64,000 nucleotides of DNA from Thermoanaerobaculia bacterium (GCA_963719225.1 CAVRAY010000001.1:2656001-2720000), one strand, 5' to 3'. Shown: positions 41,833 through 58,558, numbered from the stretch's first letter. A program made the numbers and translations. Notes: generated from the sequence alone by a model not told the origin.

Positions 41833-42654
41833 CTACTTGCGGCGCTTGACGATCATGGCGTCGGTCCGCTTGTTGTTGCGCGTCTTCATACCCTTCGTCT
41901 TCCAGCCCCACGGCGAGGTCGGATGGCGCCCTCCCGACGTCTTGCCCTCTCCGCCGCCCATCGGGTGGTCGACGGGATTCATGGCGACGCCGCGGTTGTG
42001 GGACTTCCAGCCGAGCCAGCGGTTGCGCCCGGCTTTGCCGATGGAGATGTTCTCGTGCTCGAGGTTGCCGACCTGGCCGATCGTGGCGTAGCAATCGACG
42101 CCGACGCGCCGAAGCTCGCCCGACGGCACACGGAGGAGCGCGAAGGCTCCTTCTTTCGCCATGAGCTGAGCCCCGGCTCCGGCGGAGCGCGCGAGCTGAC
42201 CGCCCCCGCCCGGCTTGAATTCGACGTTGTGGACGACCGTGCCGAGAGGGATCGCCTTGAGCGGGAGCGCATTTCCAACCACGATGTCGACGGCGGGACC
42301 GGCCACGACCGTCTGGCCGACCGCGAGGCCGGCGGGCGCCACGATGTACCTCTTCTCCCCGTCGGCGTAGGCGAGGAGCGCGATGCGCGCCGAGCGGTTC
42401 GGGTCGTACTCGATGGAGGCGACCTTCGCCGGGATGTCGCGCTTGTCGCGCTTGAAGTCGATGTCGCGATAGCGTTTCTTGTGTCCGCCGCCCCGCCACC
42501 AGGACGTGAGGTGGCCGCGGCTGTCGCGGCCACCGGTCTTGAGCTTCCCGCGCGTGAGCGACTTTGTCGGCGTGGACTTCGTGATCTCCGAGAAGTCGGA
42601 CGTGGTCCGCTGGCGGAGGCCGGGAGACGTGGGTTTGTACGATTTGACGGGCAT
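41833..42654 (-). CDS. rplB: 50S ribosomal protein L2
   Basis: [21 protein letters not shown]. Confidence 0.98.
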   Translation of the reverse strand: MPVKSYKPTSPGLRQRTTSDFSEITKSTPTKSLTRGKLKTGGRDSRGHLTSWWRGGGHKKRYRDIDFKRDKRDIPAKVASIEYDPNRSARIALLAYADGEKRYIVAPAGLAVGQTVVAGPAVDIVVGNALPLKAIPLGTVVHNVEFKPGGGGQLARSAGAGAQLMAKEGAFALLRVPSGELRRVGVDCYATIGQVGNLEHENISIGKAGRNRWLGWKSHNRGVAMNPVDHPMGGGEGKTSGGRHPTSPWGWKTKGMKTRNNKRTDAMIVKRRK

Positions 42655-42660
42655 GGCGCG

Positions 42661-42960
42661 TTACACCCCTTCGAAGAGGGCCGGAAGCTTCTGGCCCTTC
42701 GCCAGCTTCACGTAGGCCTTCTTGCGATCCTGGGCCCGGCCGATCGACTTGCCGACCTTCTTGATCTTCCCGGACACGGCGACGACGCGGACGGCGTCCA
42801 CCTTGACCTGAAAGAGGGCCTCGACGGCTTTGCGGATCTGGATCTTGTTCGCGTCGCGGGCGACGTCGAACGTGAGGACGTTCTGCGCCTGGCTCATCGC
42901 CGTCGAGCGCTCGGTGAGGACGGGACGAACGAGCACCGACTGCATCGTTCGCTCGCTCAC
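42661..42960 (-). CDS. rplW: 50S ribosomal protein L23
   Basis: P.LTE, ANK.QI..AVE.LF, KKAYV.L. Confidence 0.95.
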   Translation of the reverse strand: MSERTMQSVLVRPVLTERSTAMSQAQNVLTFDVARDANKIQIRKAVEALFQVKVDAVRVVAVSGKIKKVGKSIGRAQDRKKAYVKLAKGQKLPALFEGV

Positions 42961-43676
42961 GCCAGCACCTCGATCGCCGCGCGGAGAGCGTCTTCGGAGA
43001 AGACGACCGTTCCCGCGTTCAGCGCGTCGTAGACGTTGATGCCGAGGACGTCCATCGCCACGACCTTCGGGTTGTTGGAAGCCGCGCGCGAGAGATTGAG
43101 GTTCTGCTTCCGGTCGAGAACGAGCGCCTTGCCCTCGACGCCGAGCTTCGCGAGGACGCCCGCGAAGTCCTTCGTCTTGTGGCTCGAGAGCTCGAGCGAG
43201 TCGAGGAGGACGACCTGGTTGCCGCGCGCCTTCTCGGAAAGCACGCAACGCAGGGCCGCCTTCTTCGCCTTCGCGTTGACCTTCAGGTCGTAGGAATGCG
43301 GCCGCGGGCCGAAGACCGTGCCGCCGTGGCGGTGGATCGGCGGGCGTCCGCCGCCCTGACGCGCGCGGCCGGTGTGCTTCTGCTTGAAGGGCTTCTTGCC
43401 GCTGCCGGAGACTTCCGAGCGCACTTTCGTCTTGTGCGTGCCGCGGTGCTCGCGCGCGCGGATCTGCTTCACGACCTCCCAGACGAGGTGACGGCGGAAG
43501 GGCACGCCGAAGATCTCTTCCGGAAGAGTGACCTCGCCCACCTTCTCGGCCGCGAGGTTGCGAAGCGGGAGCGTGAGCGACGCGCTCTCGCCCGCCTTCG
43601 GCGTGGCCGCGGTGCCGCTCTTCGCGGCTTTTCGGAGGGGGGTTTTCCGGGTCGTCGCCATCATCGCCCCCTTCAC
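42957..43676 (-). CDS. rplD: 50S ribosomal protein L4 (true start may be the ATG at 43664 or 43661)
   Basis: GTH.TK.RSEVSG.GKKP..QK.TGRAR, GG.VFGP. Confidence 0.95.
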   Translation of the reverse strand: MKGAMMATTRKTPLRKAAKSGTAATPKAGESASLTLPLRNLAAEKVGEVTLPEEIFGVPFRRHLVWEVVKQIRAREHRGTHKTKVRSEVSGSGKKPFKQKHTGRARQGGGRPPIHRHGGTVFGPRPHSYDLKVNAKAKKAALRCVLSEKARGNQVVLLDSLELSSHKTKDFAGVLAKLGVEGKALVLDRKQNLNLSRAASNNPKVVAMDVLGINVYDALNAGTVVFSEDALRAAIEVLA

Positions 43677-44329
43677 GCCGCCGCCCCGCGGCTAGCTTTC
43701 CCGGAGAGCTTCTTCACGATCTTGACGACCGTGTTGCGGGCTCCCGGGACCGCGCCCCGGAGGTAGAGCAGGTGGTTCTCCGAGTCGACGCGCACGACGA
43801 CGAGGTTCTTCATCGTCGTCTGCTTGCCGCCCATCCGACCCGAGGAACGCGTGCCGGCATACACCCGCGACGGAAAGGCCGAGGGCCCGATCGAGCCGGG
43901 GGCCCTGTGGAACATCGAGCCGTGCGTGGCCGCGCCGCCGGCGAAGCCGTGGCGCTTCATGACGCCCTGGAAACCCTTGCCCTTGGAGACGCCGACGACG
44001 TCGACGTGCTCCTTCTCGGCGAAGATGTCGCAGAGCACCTTGTCGCCCGGCGCCGCTTTCTCGTCCGCGTCGCAGCGCACCTCGCCGAGGGTCTTCGTCG
44101 GCGGCACGCCCGCCTTCTCGAAATGCCCTTTCGCGGGAGCCGTGAGGCGCCGCGGCGAGACGCGTCCGACGAGCCCGAGCTGAAGGGCGTCGTAACCGTC
44201 GTTGTCCTTCGTCTTGCGCTGGACGACGAGGCAGGGCCCGGCCTCGACGACGGTGACCGGCACGACCGTGCCGTCCGCCTCGAAGACCTGGGTCATCCCG
44301 ATCTTGCGTCCCAGAATTCCGTTGATCAT
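43673..44329 (-). CDS. rplC: 50S ribosomal protein L3
   Basis: G.K.GMTQ, KGKGFQG.MKRH, HR.PGSIG. Confidence 0.97.
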   Translation of the reverse strand: MINGILGRKIGMTQVFEADGTVVPVTVVEAGPCLVVQRKTKDNDGYDALQLGLVGRVSPRRLTAPAKGHFEKAGVPPTKTLGEVRCDADEKAAPGDKVLCDIFAEKEHVDVVGVSKGKGFQGVMKRHGFAGGAATHGSMFHRAPGSIGPSAFPSRVYAGTRSSGRMGGKQTTMKNLVVVRVDSENHLLYLRGAVPGARNTVVKIVKKLSGKASRGAAA

Positions 44330-44368
44330 CGTGTGCTTCCTCGTCCCGCCTTCGTGTGACGGGACGGT

Positions 44369-44686
<318 letters not shown>

Positions 44687-44701
44687 TTGAATCTCGTTTC
44701 C

Positions 44702-45904
<1,203 letters not shown>

Positions 45905-45928
45905 CGTCTCCTCCGTTGCTCGGGATTC

Positions 45929-48004
45929 TTAAACCGAGACCTTGGCGATGATCCCCTCGGCGATCGCCTTCGGGACCTCGTCGTAGCGTTCGAACTGCAT
46001 CGAGTAGTTGGCCCGGCCCTGCGTGAGCGACCGGAGCGTGGTGGCGTAGCCGAACATCTCCGCGAGCGGGACGCTCGCCGTGATGACCTGGAAGTTCACG
46101 CGCGGCTCCATGTGATTGATCCGGCCTCGGCGCGAGCTCAGGTCGCCGTTCACGGGCCCGAGGAACTCGTCGGGCGTGACGACCTCGACGGCCATCATGG
46201 GCTCGAGGATGACGGGGTTCGCCTTTCGCGCGGCGTCCTGGAACGCCATCGAGCCCGCGATCTTGAAGGCCATCTCCGACGAATCGACGTCGTGGTACGA
46301 GCCGTCGTACAGCTCGACCTGGATGTTGACGGTCGGGTAGCCGGCGAGGACGCCCGTGAGGGTCGCCTCGCGAATGCCCTGGTCGATCGGCTTGATGAAT
46401 TCCTTGGGGATCGTGCCGCCGGTGATGCCGTTGATGAACTCGTAGTCCTTGCCCTCGGGATGCGGCCGAAGCCGGATCTTGGCGTGGCCGTACTGGCCCT
46501 TGCCGCCCGACTGGCGGATGAACTTGCCTTCGCCCGCGACGTCCTTGCGGATCGTCTCGCGGTAGGCGACCTGGGGCTTGCCAACGTTCGCGCCGACGTT
46601 GAACTCGCGCACCATGCGGTCGACGATGATCTCGAGGTGGAGCTCGCCCATCCCGGCGATGATCGTCTGGTTCGTCTCCTTGTCCGTGTGCACGCGGAAG
46701 GTCGGGTCCTCCTGCATGAGCTTCGCGAGCGCCATCCCCATCTTTTCCTGATCGGCCTTCGTTTTCGGCTCGATGGAGAGCGTGATGACGGGCTCGGGGA
46801 ACTTCATCGACTCGAGGACGACGATGTGGTCGCGCTCGCAGATCGTGTCGCCCGTCGTGACGTTCTTCAGGCCGACGGCGGCGGCGATGTCGCCCGCCCA
46901 CACTTCCTTGATCTCCTCGCGCTTGTTCGCGTGCATCTTCAGGAGACGGCCGATGCGCTCGTTCGTCTGCTTCGTCGAGTTGTAGACGCCCGAGCCGGCG
47001 TCGAGGTGCCCCGCGTAGACGCGGAAGAACGCGAGCTGGCCGACGAACGGGTCGGTCATGATCTTGAACACGAGGCCGGCGAACGGCGCCTCGTCGTCCG
47101 TGTCGAGCGCGACTTCCTTCCCGTCGTCATCCACGCCCCGGATCGCGGGAATGTCGAGAGGCGACGGGAGGTAGTCGACGACGGCATCGAGAAGCTGCTG
47201 GACGCCCTTGTTCTTGAACGCCGAGCCGCAGACGACCGGATGGAGCTTGCCCGAGATCGTCGCCTTGCGAAGGGCGGCGCGCATCTCGTCCGGCGTCGGC
47301 GCATGGCCGTCCATGAACTTCTGCATGAGCGCGTCGTCGGTCTCCGCGAGAAGCTCGATGAGCCGCTCGCGGTACTTGTCGTACATGGCCTTGTGGTCGG
47401 CCGGGACTTCGATGGTCTCGAATTCCGCGCCGAGCGCGTCGTCCTTGAAGTCGTAGGCCTTGCCCTCGATGAGGTCGATGACCCCCTCGAAGGTCTCGGC
47501 CGAGCCGAACGGAATCTGGACCGCCGTGGGCTTCGCCCCGAGCTTCGTGATCATCATCTCGACGCAGCGGTCGAAATCCGCGCCGACGCGGTCCATCTTG
47601 TTGATGAACGCGATGCGCGGAACGCCGTAGCGGTCCGCCTGGCGCCATACCGTCTCGGACTGCGGCTCGACTCCGGAGACGGCGTCGAACACGGCCACCG
47701 CGCCGTCCAGCACGCGCAACGACCGCTCCACCTCGGCCGTGAAGTCCACGTGCCCGGGGGTGTCGATGATGTTGATCCGGGTGTCCTTCCAGAAGCACGT
47801 CGTAGCGGCCGACGTGATCGTGATCCCGCGCTCCTGCTCCTGGACCATCCAGTCCATCACGGCGGTGCCTTCGTGGACCTCGCCGAGCTTGTAGCTGACG
47901 CCGGTGTAATAGAGCACACGCTCAGTCGTCGTGGTCTTACCCGCGTCGATGTGAGCCATGATGCCGATGTTGCGGCACTTATCGAGAGGATGAGTTCTCG
48001 GCAT
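45929..48004 (-). CDS. fusA: Elongation factor G
   Basis: [24 protein letters not shown]. Confidence 0.98.
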   Translation of the reverse strand: MPRTHPLDKCRNIGIMAHIDAGKTTTTERVLYYTGVSYKLGEVHEGTAVMDWMVQEQERGITITSAATTCFWKDTRINIIDTPGHVDFTAEVERSLRVLDGAVAVFDAVSGVEPQSETVWRQADRYGVPRIAFINKMDRVGADFDRCVEMMITKLGAKPTAVQIPFGSAETFEGVIDLIEGKAYDFKDDALGAEFETIEVPADHKAMYDKYRERLIELLAETDDALMQKFMDGHAPTPDEMRAALRKATISGKLHPVVCGSAFKNKGVQQLLDAVVDYLPSPLDIPAIRGVDDDGKEVALDTDDEAPFAGLVFKIMTDPFVGQLAFFRVYAGHLDAGSGVYNSTKQTNERIGRLLKMHANKREEIKEVWAGDIAAAVGLKNVTTGDTICERDHIVVLESMKFPEPVITLSIEPKTKADQEKMGMALAKLMQEDPTFRVHTDKETNQTIIAGMGELHLEIIVDRMVREFNVGANVGKPQVAYRETIRKDVAGEGKFIRQSGGKGQYGHAKIRLRPHPEGKDYEFINGITGGTIPKEFIKPIDQGIREATLTGVLAGYPTVNIQVELYDGSYHDVDSSEMAFKIAGSMAFQDAARKANPVILEPMMAVEVVTPDEFLGPVNGDLSSRRGRINHMEPRVNFQVITASVPLAEMFGYATTLRSLTQGRANYSMQFERYDEVPKAIAEGIIAKVSV

Positions 48005-48198
48005 AACGAGTGTGTCCCGTCCCGGGGTGTCTGCGCCGTCGATCGCAGTGTTTCCGCGGTTGCCGAATCGGGCCGGCGCCGGGAACCTGAGATCCGCACG
48101 CTGTGAGGCGTGTCCGGGCTTCTCGAGAGGACCTGTCCGGGTCTGCGCCTTTCAGCGCCGACCGGCCGGTTTCCGCTCACCCGGAGAAGTGTGCAGTC

Positions 48199-48678
<480 letters not shown>

Positions 48679-49053
48679 TTACGCCTTCGGCCTTTTCGCG
48701 CCGTACTTGCTGCGCGACTGCTTGCGGTTCGCGACGCCGACCGCGTCGAGCGTTCCGCGAATGATGTGGTAGCGCACGCCGGGAAGGTCCTTCACGCGGC
48801 CTCCGCGGATCATGACGATCGAGTGCTCCTGCAGGTTGTGGCCGATGCCCGGGATGTAGGTCGTGACCTCGATCCCGTTCGTGAGCCTGACGCGGGCGAT
48901 CTTGCGGAGAGCCGAGTTCGGCTTTTTCGGCGTCGTCGTCTTGACCTGCGTGCACACGCCCCGTCGCTGGGGGCAGGACTGAAGAGCGGGCGATTTCGTC
49001 TTGTAACGGACGCTTTCGCGGCCCTTTCTCACGAGCTGGCTGATCGTCGGCAT
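48679..49053 (-). CDS. rpsL: 30S ribosomal protein S12
   Basis: [22 protein letters not shown]. Confidence 0.98.
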   Translation of the reverse strand: MPTISQLVRKGRESVRYKTKSPALQSCPQRRGVCTQVKTTTPKKPNSALRKIARVRLTNGIEVTTYIPGIGHNLQEHSIVMIRGGRVKDLPGVRYHIIRGTLDAVGVANRKQSRSKYGAKRPKA

Positions 49054-49210
49054 GAGAGTTTCGAGACTCCTTCGGACATGAAAAGACGATGGGACGACCC
49101 GTTGAAGGAAGACGACGGAGCGGAATCAGCCGAGTCGACGGCCGAACGGCTGTCCCAGAGGCGCGACACGACCTTTTCGCCGCCGAGCCGGTCCCCGGGG
49201 AAACCGGTGG

Positions 49211-49239
49211 AGAATATAGGTCCCGGCGGGGGCTGTCAA
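49211..49239 (-). promoter_or_regulatory. Sigma70 promoter of the str operon
   Basis: TTGACA (49234-49239), 17 bp spacer, TATTCT (49211-49216). Confidence 0.7.
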
Positions 49240-50180
49240 GCGCGATCCCCTGCGTTTGACAGACGTTGCGCGAGGCTCTCGCCGGTGTCCAAGGCGTGAC
49301 GCACCCTCCGGGCCAGCCGGAAAACCTCGGGTCGCCCGACTTTGGATCCCGGGCCGTACGTTTCGATCTTCTCCAGGGAAAGCCAGGCGAGCTCCACGGG
49401 CAGGCCCGTGAATTCGAGAATGCCGCGGGGAGCGCCTGCCCGTTCGAGGGCGCCGATGTACTTCCCGGCCGCCACGAGGTCTCGGCGGGCCAGGTCAAAC
49501 ACCTCGCCACGGGGGACGGACGTCGGCAGATAGGTGCGGCCTTCCGAGGCATCTACGGCGGCATCCTTCAGAATATTCACGAGTTGCAGCGCTTCCCCAA
49601 AGGTGGCGGCCCTGGAGCGGAGCGTCTCCGCCACCGCCTCGAGGTTCGGGCGATCGAGCAGGAAGAGCTCCGTCAGCATCTCCCCCACGAGGCCGGCGAC
49701 GACATAGCAGTACGCCTTGAGGTCGTCGAAATCAAGGAGCGTGAGACGCCCGTCGCGGACGCGCCCGACGAACCCGGCCATGCCGTCCGCCGTACGGCTC
49801 ACGTATCTGCGGATCGCCTCGGCGGCCCCGGGCGAGAGCCCACGAAACGCATCCAGAACGAAAGGGACCTCGGAGAGGAGCTCCCGGTCTCCGCGACTCG
49901 CCGCGATCCGGGCGTCCGCCCATTTCCGCGAGAGGCCGAGCGCTTCGTCGGGCCTCGGGGCGGCGACGAGACCGATGAAGTCGCGCAACGCGCCGATGCG
50001 AATTTCGGGGGAAACGTGCGAGGCGTCCTCGAACGTGTCGGCGATCCGAAAGAGAAGGTATGCCACCGTGACTTCCCGCCGCGTCGGCTCCGGCAGAGGA
50101 GGGATCGACAGCGCGAAGGTGCGGCTCGTCTTCTCGAGGAGATCGAAGAGATCAGCCACGTCGTCCGGCCATTTCCGCAT
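49236..50180 (-). CDS. Squalene/phytoene synthase family protein
   Basis: TSRTFAL, YLLFRIADTFED, YCYVVAG.VG, LQLVNILKD...D..EGR.YLP. Start uncertain. Confidence 0.88.
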   Translation of the reverse strand: MRKWPDDVADLFDLLEKTSRTFALSIPPLPEPTRREVTVAYLLFRIADTFEDASHVSPEIRIGALRDFIGLVAAPRPDEALGLSRKWADARIAASRGDRELLSEVPFVLDAFRGLSPGAAEAIRRYVSRTADGMAGFVGRVRDGRLTLLDFDDLKAYCYVVAGLVGEMLTELFLLDRPNLEAVAETLRSRAATFGEALQLVNILKDAAVDASEGRTYLPTSVPRGEVFDLARRDLVAAGKYIGALERAGAPRGILEFTGLPVELAWLSLEKIETYGPGSKVGRPEVFRLARRVRHALDTGESLAQRLSNAGDRA

Positions 50181-50290
50181 GTTACGAGACGGACATTTCT
50201 CGCGCCGAGGGGCTCCTGAAGGAATTTCCGGCACGCAACGTGAAACAACACCGGTGTGGCGGTATGGAAGCCACGAAAAGGAGGGAGAAA

Positions 50291-50530
50291 ATGGTCCTTC
50301 TCGAGACTTTCACGGATCAGGCGCCCGGCTCCCTTCAAGGTCCGGAGGCGGTGATCGAGCTTTGCCCGCGCTGCGGAAGGCCTGGCGTGGAACGGCGCTC
50401 GGCCGAAGGCCGCGTCTGCGTCCATGCCGAAACGTCGGAGCTTCTTGCCGACGGCCTGCTGACGATGCCCGTCGAGTCGTGCCCGCTCGGACCTCTTCCG
50501 TTCGACGTCCACGATCCCGACGTGATCTGA
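50291..50530 (+). CDS. Small hypothetical protein with CPRC motif
   Basis: GAGGGAG ribosome-binding site before ATG 50291; CPRC...CVH...C. Confidence 0.5.
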   Translation: MVLLETFTDQAPGSLQGPEAVIELCPRCGRPGVERRSAEGRVCVHAETSELLADGLLTMPVESCPLGPLPFDVHDPDVI

Positions 50531-50570
50531 GGTTTCCGAGATAGGCTTCCGTCGATTAGACGGAGGCCTC

Positions 50571-52343
50571 ATGTCGCAGCCGGCTGCTTTTCCGGCGAAC
50601 GTTCGCGCACGCCGGACGCTCGCCCCTCTCATCCTAGTTGTGCTCTGGGCGGCACCCGGGACCGCGTCCGGGACGATCCCTTCGCCGCTGCGTTTCGCCG
50701 TCTCCTTCCCGAAGGAACGCAGCGCGGCGCCGCTCGACGGACGTGTCTACCTCATGCTGTCAACCGACCCGGCCGAGGAGCCTCGAAAGCAGATCTCGAT
50801 CGGCCTCAAGACGCAGCAGATCTTCGGCATCGACGTGGAGCGTCTCCTGCCCGGGGTGGATGCGGTCTTCGATGCGGCCGTCCTCGGCTATCCGGTCGAC
50901 AGCCTCGCGCGCGTTCCGAAGGGGACGTACATCGTCCAGGCTCTTCTCCATCGCTACGAGACGTTTCGCCGCGCCGACGGCCACGTCGTCAAGCTCCCGA
51001 TGGACCGCTGCGAAGGGCAGCACTGGAACCTCGCGCCGGGCAACTTCTACTCGACGCCGCGGAAAATCGACGTCGACCCCTCCCGGTCCGACACGATTCG
51101 GATTGCGCTCGACCAGGTGATCCCGCCCATCCCCGATCCGCCCGCCACGAAGTGGATCCGGCACGAGAAGATCCGGAGCGAGCGCCTGTCCAGGTTCTGG
51201 GGGCGGGACATGTATCTCGGCGCGCACGTGCTCCTTCCCCTCGGCTTCGACGAGCACCCGGAGGCCCGCTACCCCTTCGTCATCTTCCACGGCCACTTCC
51301 CCGAAACGTTCGGCGGCTTCCGCGAGGAGCCGCCGGACCCGAACCTGAAGCCGAAGTTCAGCGAGCGGTTCCATCTCGAGGGCTACAACCGAATCGAGCA
51401 GGAACAGGCCCACCAGCTCTACAAGGACTGGACGTCTCCCGGGTTCCCGCGCGCGATCGTCGTCGAGATCCAGCACGCGAACCCGTACTACGACGACTCC
51501 TACGCCGTGAACTCCGCCAACCTCGGGCCTTACGGCGATGCGATCGAATACGAGCTCATCCCGTACCTCGAGAAGAAATACCGGGCGCTCGGCGCCGGCT
51601 GGGCGAGATTCGCTTACGGCGGCTCGACGGGCGGCTGGGAAGCCATGGCCGTCCAGGTCTTCTATCCCGACGACTACAACGGCGTGTACGTCGCCTGTCC
51701 CGACCCCATCGACTTCCGCGCGTACACGGTCATCAACCTCTACGAGGACACGAACGCCTACGTCCCCGACTCTCCCTGGAAGAAGATTGCGCGCCCGGCC
51801 CAGCGCGACGCCTTCGGGACGATCTCGGCGACCGTCGAGGACACGAACCGGCTCGAGCTCGTCCTCGGGACGAACGGCCGCTCGGGCGAGCAGTGGGACA
51901 TCTGGCAGGCCGTCTACTCGCCGGCTGGCGCCGACGGCTACCCGAAGCCGATCTGGAACAAGCGGACCGGAGTCATCGACAAGGAGGTCGCCGCGTACTG
52001 GAAGGAGCACTTCGACCTCACGCACATCCTGAAGCGCGACTGGGACAAGGGACTCGGGAAGAGGGTCGAGGGCAAGCTCCACATCTTCGTGGGCGAGGCG
52101 GACAACTACTTCCTGAACAACGCGGTCGTCCTCGCCGAGGAGTTCCTGAAATCGGCGAAGAACCCGCCCTCCGGCGCCTTCGTCGACTACGAGCCTCGCG
52201 CCGAGCACTGCTGGAACGGCGATCACACCCGCCCGAACGCGATCTCCCGCTTGCGCTACCATCAGATGTTCTTGCCCAGGATCGTCGAACGCATCCGGAA
52301 GTCTGCGCCGCCTGGGGCCGACTTAAGTAGCTGGAATTACTAG
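50571..52343 (+). CDS. Secreted alpha/beta-hydrolase (esterase-like) protein
   Basis: Signal peptide; GGSTGG nucleophile-type motif; typical codon usage. Confidence 0.7.
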   Translation: MSQPAAFPANVRARRTLAPLILVVLWAAPGTASGTIPSPLRFAVSFPKERSAAPLDGRVYLMLSTDPAEEPRKQISIGLKTQQIFGIDVERLLPGVDAVFDAAVLGYPVDSLARVPKGTYIVQALLHRYETFRRADGHVVKLPMDRCEGQHWNLAPGNFYSTPRKIDVDPSRSDTIRIALDQVIPPIPDPPATKWIRHEKIRSERLSRFWGRDMYLGAHVLLPLGFDEHPEARYPFVIFHGHFPETFGGFREEPPDPNLKPKFSERFHLEGYNRIEQEQAHQLYKDWTSPGFPRAIVVEIQHANPYYDDSYAVNSANLGPYGDAIEYELIPYLEKKYRALGAGWARFAYGGSTGGWEAMAVQVFYPDDYNGVYVACPDPIDFRAYTVINLYEDTNAYVPDSPWKKIARPAQRDAFGTISATVEDTNRLELVLGTNGRSGEQWDIWQAVYSPAGADGYPKPIWNKRTGVIDKEVAAYWKEHFDLTHILKRDWDKGLGKRVEGKLHIFVGEADNYFLNNAVVLAEEFLKSAKNPPSGAFVDYEPRAEHCWNGDHTRPNAISRLRYHQMFLPRIVERIRKSAPPGADLSSWNY

Positions 52344-52510
52344 TACTTAGATCAAATATGGGCTTGCCGCGAGCTCGGCCGAAACACCGGCTCCGAGTCT
52401 TGGGGGTCCTCTACATGCAAGTTCATCAGAGACGCCCGGGTCCCGGGGCCGCCAACATTAGGTAGGCGCTCCGGGCCCGGCCCCGGTTCCGGAGACGCTC
52501 GGGAGGAACC

Positions 52511-52945
52511 ATGAAAAACATCTCTCTCATCGCGCTGGCAGCGGCGCTGCTGGGTTCGGCGGTCTACGCGGCCGAGGAAACGAACCCGGCCTCGGCATCG
52601 GCAGGGGCCCATTTCAAGCTCGCCATCATCACGAGCGACAAGTACTCGCGCGACGAAAAAGGCGTTTTCGCACCCGATGCTCCGAAAGTCTTCGCGGTGT
52701 ACCGGGTCATCGTCGGACAGGGGACGAAGGTGAAGGCCTCGTGGTTCGCCGAGAAGGTCGCGGGCCTCGAGCCAAAGACGAAGCTGGCCGAGAACGAAAC
52801 GACGTTCTCGTCGAAGGGCGAGTTCATCGGCTCCTTCTACTGCTCGAAGCCGCCTCAGGGCTGGCCGGTCGGCAGCTACTCCGTCAACCTGTACATGGAC
52901 GGCGTGCTCAGGAAGACGCTCGGGTTCCGCGTCGAGAAGAACTAG
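52511..52945 (+). CDS. Secreted hypothetical protein
   Basis: GGAGG ribosome-binding site, signal peptide, W..G.Y.V Ig-like motif. Confidence 0.65.
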   Translation: MKNISLIALAAALLGSAVYAAEETNPASASAGAHFKLAIITSDKYSRDEKGVFAPDAPKVFAVYRVIVGQGTKVKASWFAEKVAGLEPKTKLAENETTFSSKGEFIGSFYCSKPPQGWPVGSYSVNLYMDGVLRKTLGFRVEKN

Positions 52946-52948
52946 GCG

Positions 52949-53377
52949 TCAGCGACGTCCGGACGAGACAGCCGGCAGGATCTCGAACCCCATCTGCCGG
53001 AAATGCCGATCGGTCGTCAGAGCCTGCTTGAGCCGGAGCTCCTGCATGACGACGAGGCTCGTGCAGTCCGTGAAGGAGTAGTTCTTGTCGCGATGCCGGA
53101 AGAAGACGCGCCGCGCCTTCTCCGCCCGCGTAACTCCGATCCACTCCCACCGTACACGGGAGCTCCCTTCGACCTGAGTCCACCAGTTCTGGGCAGCTGA
53201 GAGGCTCAGCCTCATCCGGATCAGAGTCAGAGTCTCATCCAGCACGTAATCCGTTGTGACGAGGATATTGCCCTTCTCGAGTGCCTCATCGCGCGCTGCA
53301 CACGCTCTGCCGTTCACGGGGTCGGAACCGTCTGCGCAGGCCATCCAACCGGCCGTGTCGACGAAGATCCCCTTCAT
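52949..53377 (-). CDS. vapC: VapC-family PIN-domain toxin
   Basis: IFVDT, TDYVLDET, SFTDC.S, TTDRHF; ATGA overlap with the antitoxin. Confidence 0.88.
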   Translation of the reverse strand: MKGIFVDTAGWMACADGSDPVNGRACAARDEALEKGNILVTTDYVLDETLTLIRMRLSLSAAQNWWTQVEGSSRVRWEWIGVTRAEKARRVFFRHRDKNYSFTDCTSLVVMQELRLKQALTTDRHFRQMGFEILPAVSSGRR

Positions 53378-53622
53378 CGCCCGTACAGCACTTCGTCGTG
53401 CCGGTCCGCCGCTCCGCCGTCCACGGAGCGACCCACGGCCTTCGCCCGATAAAGGGTGTCTGCCTCGAGCTCCGGCAACGACGCGGTCATTTCCTCCGCG
53501 GGAACGATCTGGAACGCCGCGCGGCTGCGGTAAATCACGGTGAAACGCGCCCCCTTGCGAACGCGCTCGACCACTCTCGGCAGGGACGCTCGGAGCTGTT
53601 TCGCGTTGATGGTGATGTTCAT
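53374..53622 (-). CDS. Phd/YefM-family antitoxin
   Basis: INAKQLR..L...VE.V.KG....V; 82 aa immediately upstream of the PIN toxin. Confidence 0.8.
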   Translation of the reverse strand: MNITINAKQLRASLPRVVERVRKGARFTVIYRSRAAFQIVPAEEMTASLPELEADTLYRAKAVGRSVDGGAADRHDEVLYGR

Positions 53623-53712
53623 GGCGGCTCCTCACGACAAGTTCATTTTGAGTTGAACACGTTTCCCGGAGGTGCGTCAAGTGGCGGCGCCACCCGGGCT
53701 CGTCCGCACGGA

Positions 53713-53946
53713 TCATCCAAGCCGCCTCACGAAGTCCCGAAGAAGCGAGACGATCCGCGGCAACCTGCGCCGAGCGGGCTCGACGTTCTCGTGGTCGAAC
53801 GGGCAATGGCGGCAGCCCGAGCCGCAGCAGGCGCCGCGGCGGAGCAGATACGCGGTCGTGAAGACCTCGTATCCCGTCTCCGGGTCGAGGTACGTGTCTT
53901 TCCCCTCGGCGATGGCCGCCGCGTGCAGCCGGTCGATCTCGTCCAC
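53713..53946 (-). CDS. Small Cys-rich protein (DUF5522-like)
   Basis: H..A...G...Y.DP.TGY.VFT...L..RG.CCGSGCRHCP. Confidence 0.75.
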   Translation of the reverse strand: MDEIDRLHAAAIAEGKDTYLDPETGYEVFTTAYLLRRGACCGSGCRHCPFDHENVEPARRRLPRIVSLLRDFVRRLG

Positions 53947-53969
53947 GGACGGATTCTGATGAAATCAGA

Positions 53970-54254
53970 ATGCTTTGCGCGAACGTCTTCCGGAGCCGCG
54001 TCCATCGGCGACTCATGAAGCCGGAGGCGGCGCGCGATGCATTCGGGATCCTGCGCGGCCTGCCCCTGAGGGTGGTCGCGTCTGGAGAGCTCTCGTCCGC
54101 GGCGCTGGACCTCGCCCTCGACGCCGGAATCTCCGTCTACGACTCCGTCTATGCGTCCCTCGCCCGCATGCTCGCCGTTCCGCTCGTCACGGCGGACGGC
54201 CGCCTGATCGCCACGCTCCGGAAGGCCGGCGTCGCGGCCCTGCCTCTCGTGTAG
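53970..54254 (+). pseudogene. N-terminally truncated PIN/VapC remnant
   Basis: SVYDSVY..LA...LVTAD.RL present; the N-terminal VVD strand is missing and no antitoxin is adjacent. Confidence 0.6.
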
Positions 54255-54259
54255 GTCGG

Positions 54260-54293
54260 AGAAGGAAACGGGGCCGGCTTTTCGCCGGCCCCG
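54260..54293 (-). terminator. Intrinsic terminator downstream of rpoC
   Basis: 10-bp inverted repeat CGGGGCCGGC/GCCGGCCCCG (54269-54293), followed on the minus strand by TTTCCTTCT. Confidence 0.75.
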
Positions 54294-54319
54294 GGAATTT
54301 GCTTGGAAGGTAAGAGGGG

Positions 54320-58543
<4,224 letters not shown>

Positions 58544-58558
58544 GTGACTCTCTTCTCC

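Noticed and set aside
52321-52362. AT-rich patch with TACTAGTA palindrome
   Set aside because: Too short to assign and does not match the dispersed motif; at most a junction of an acquired gene.
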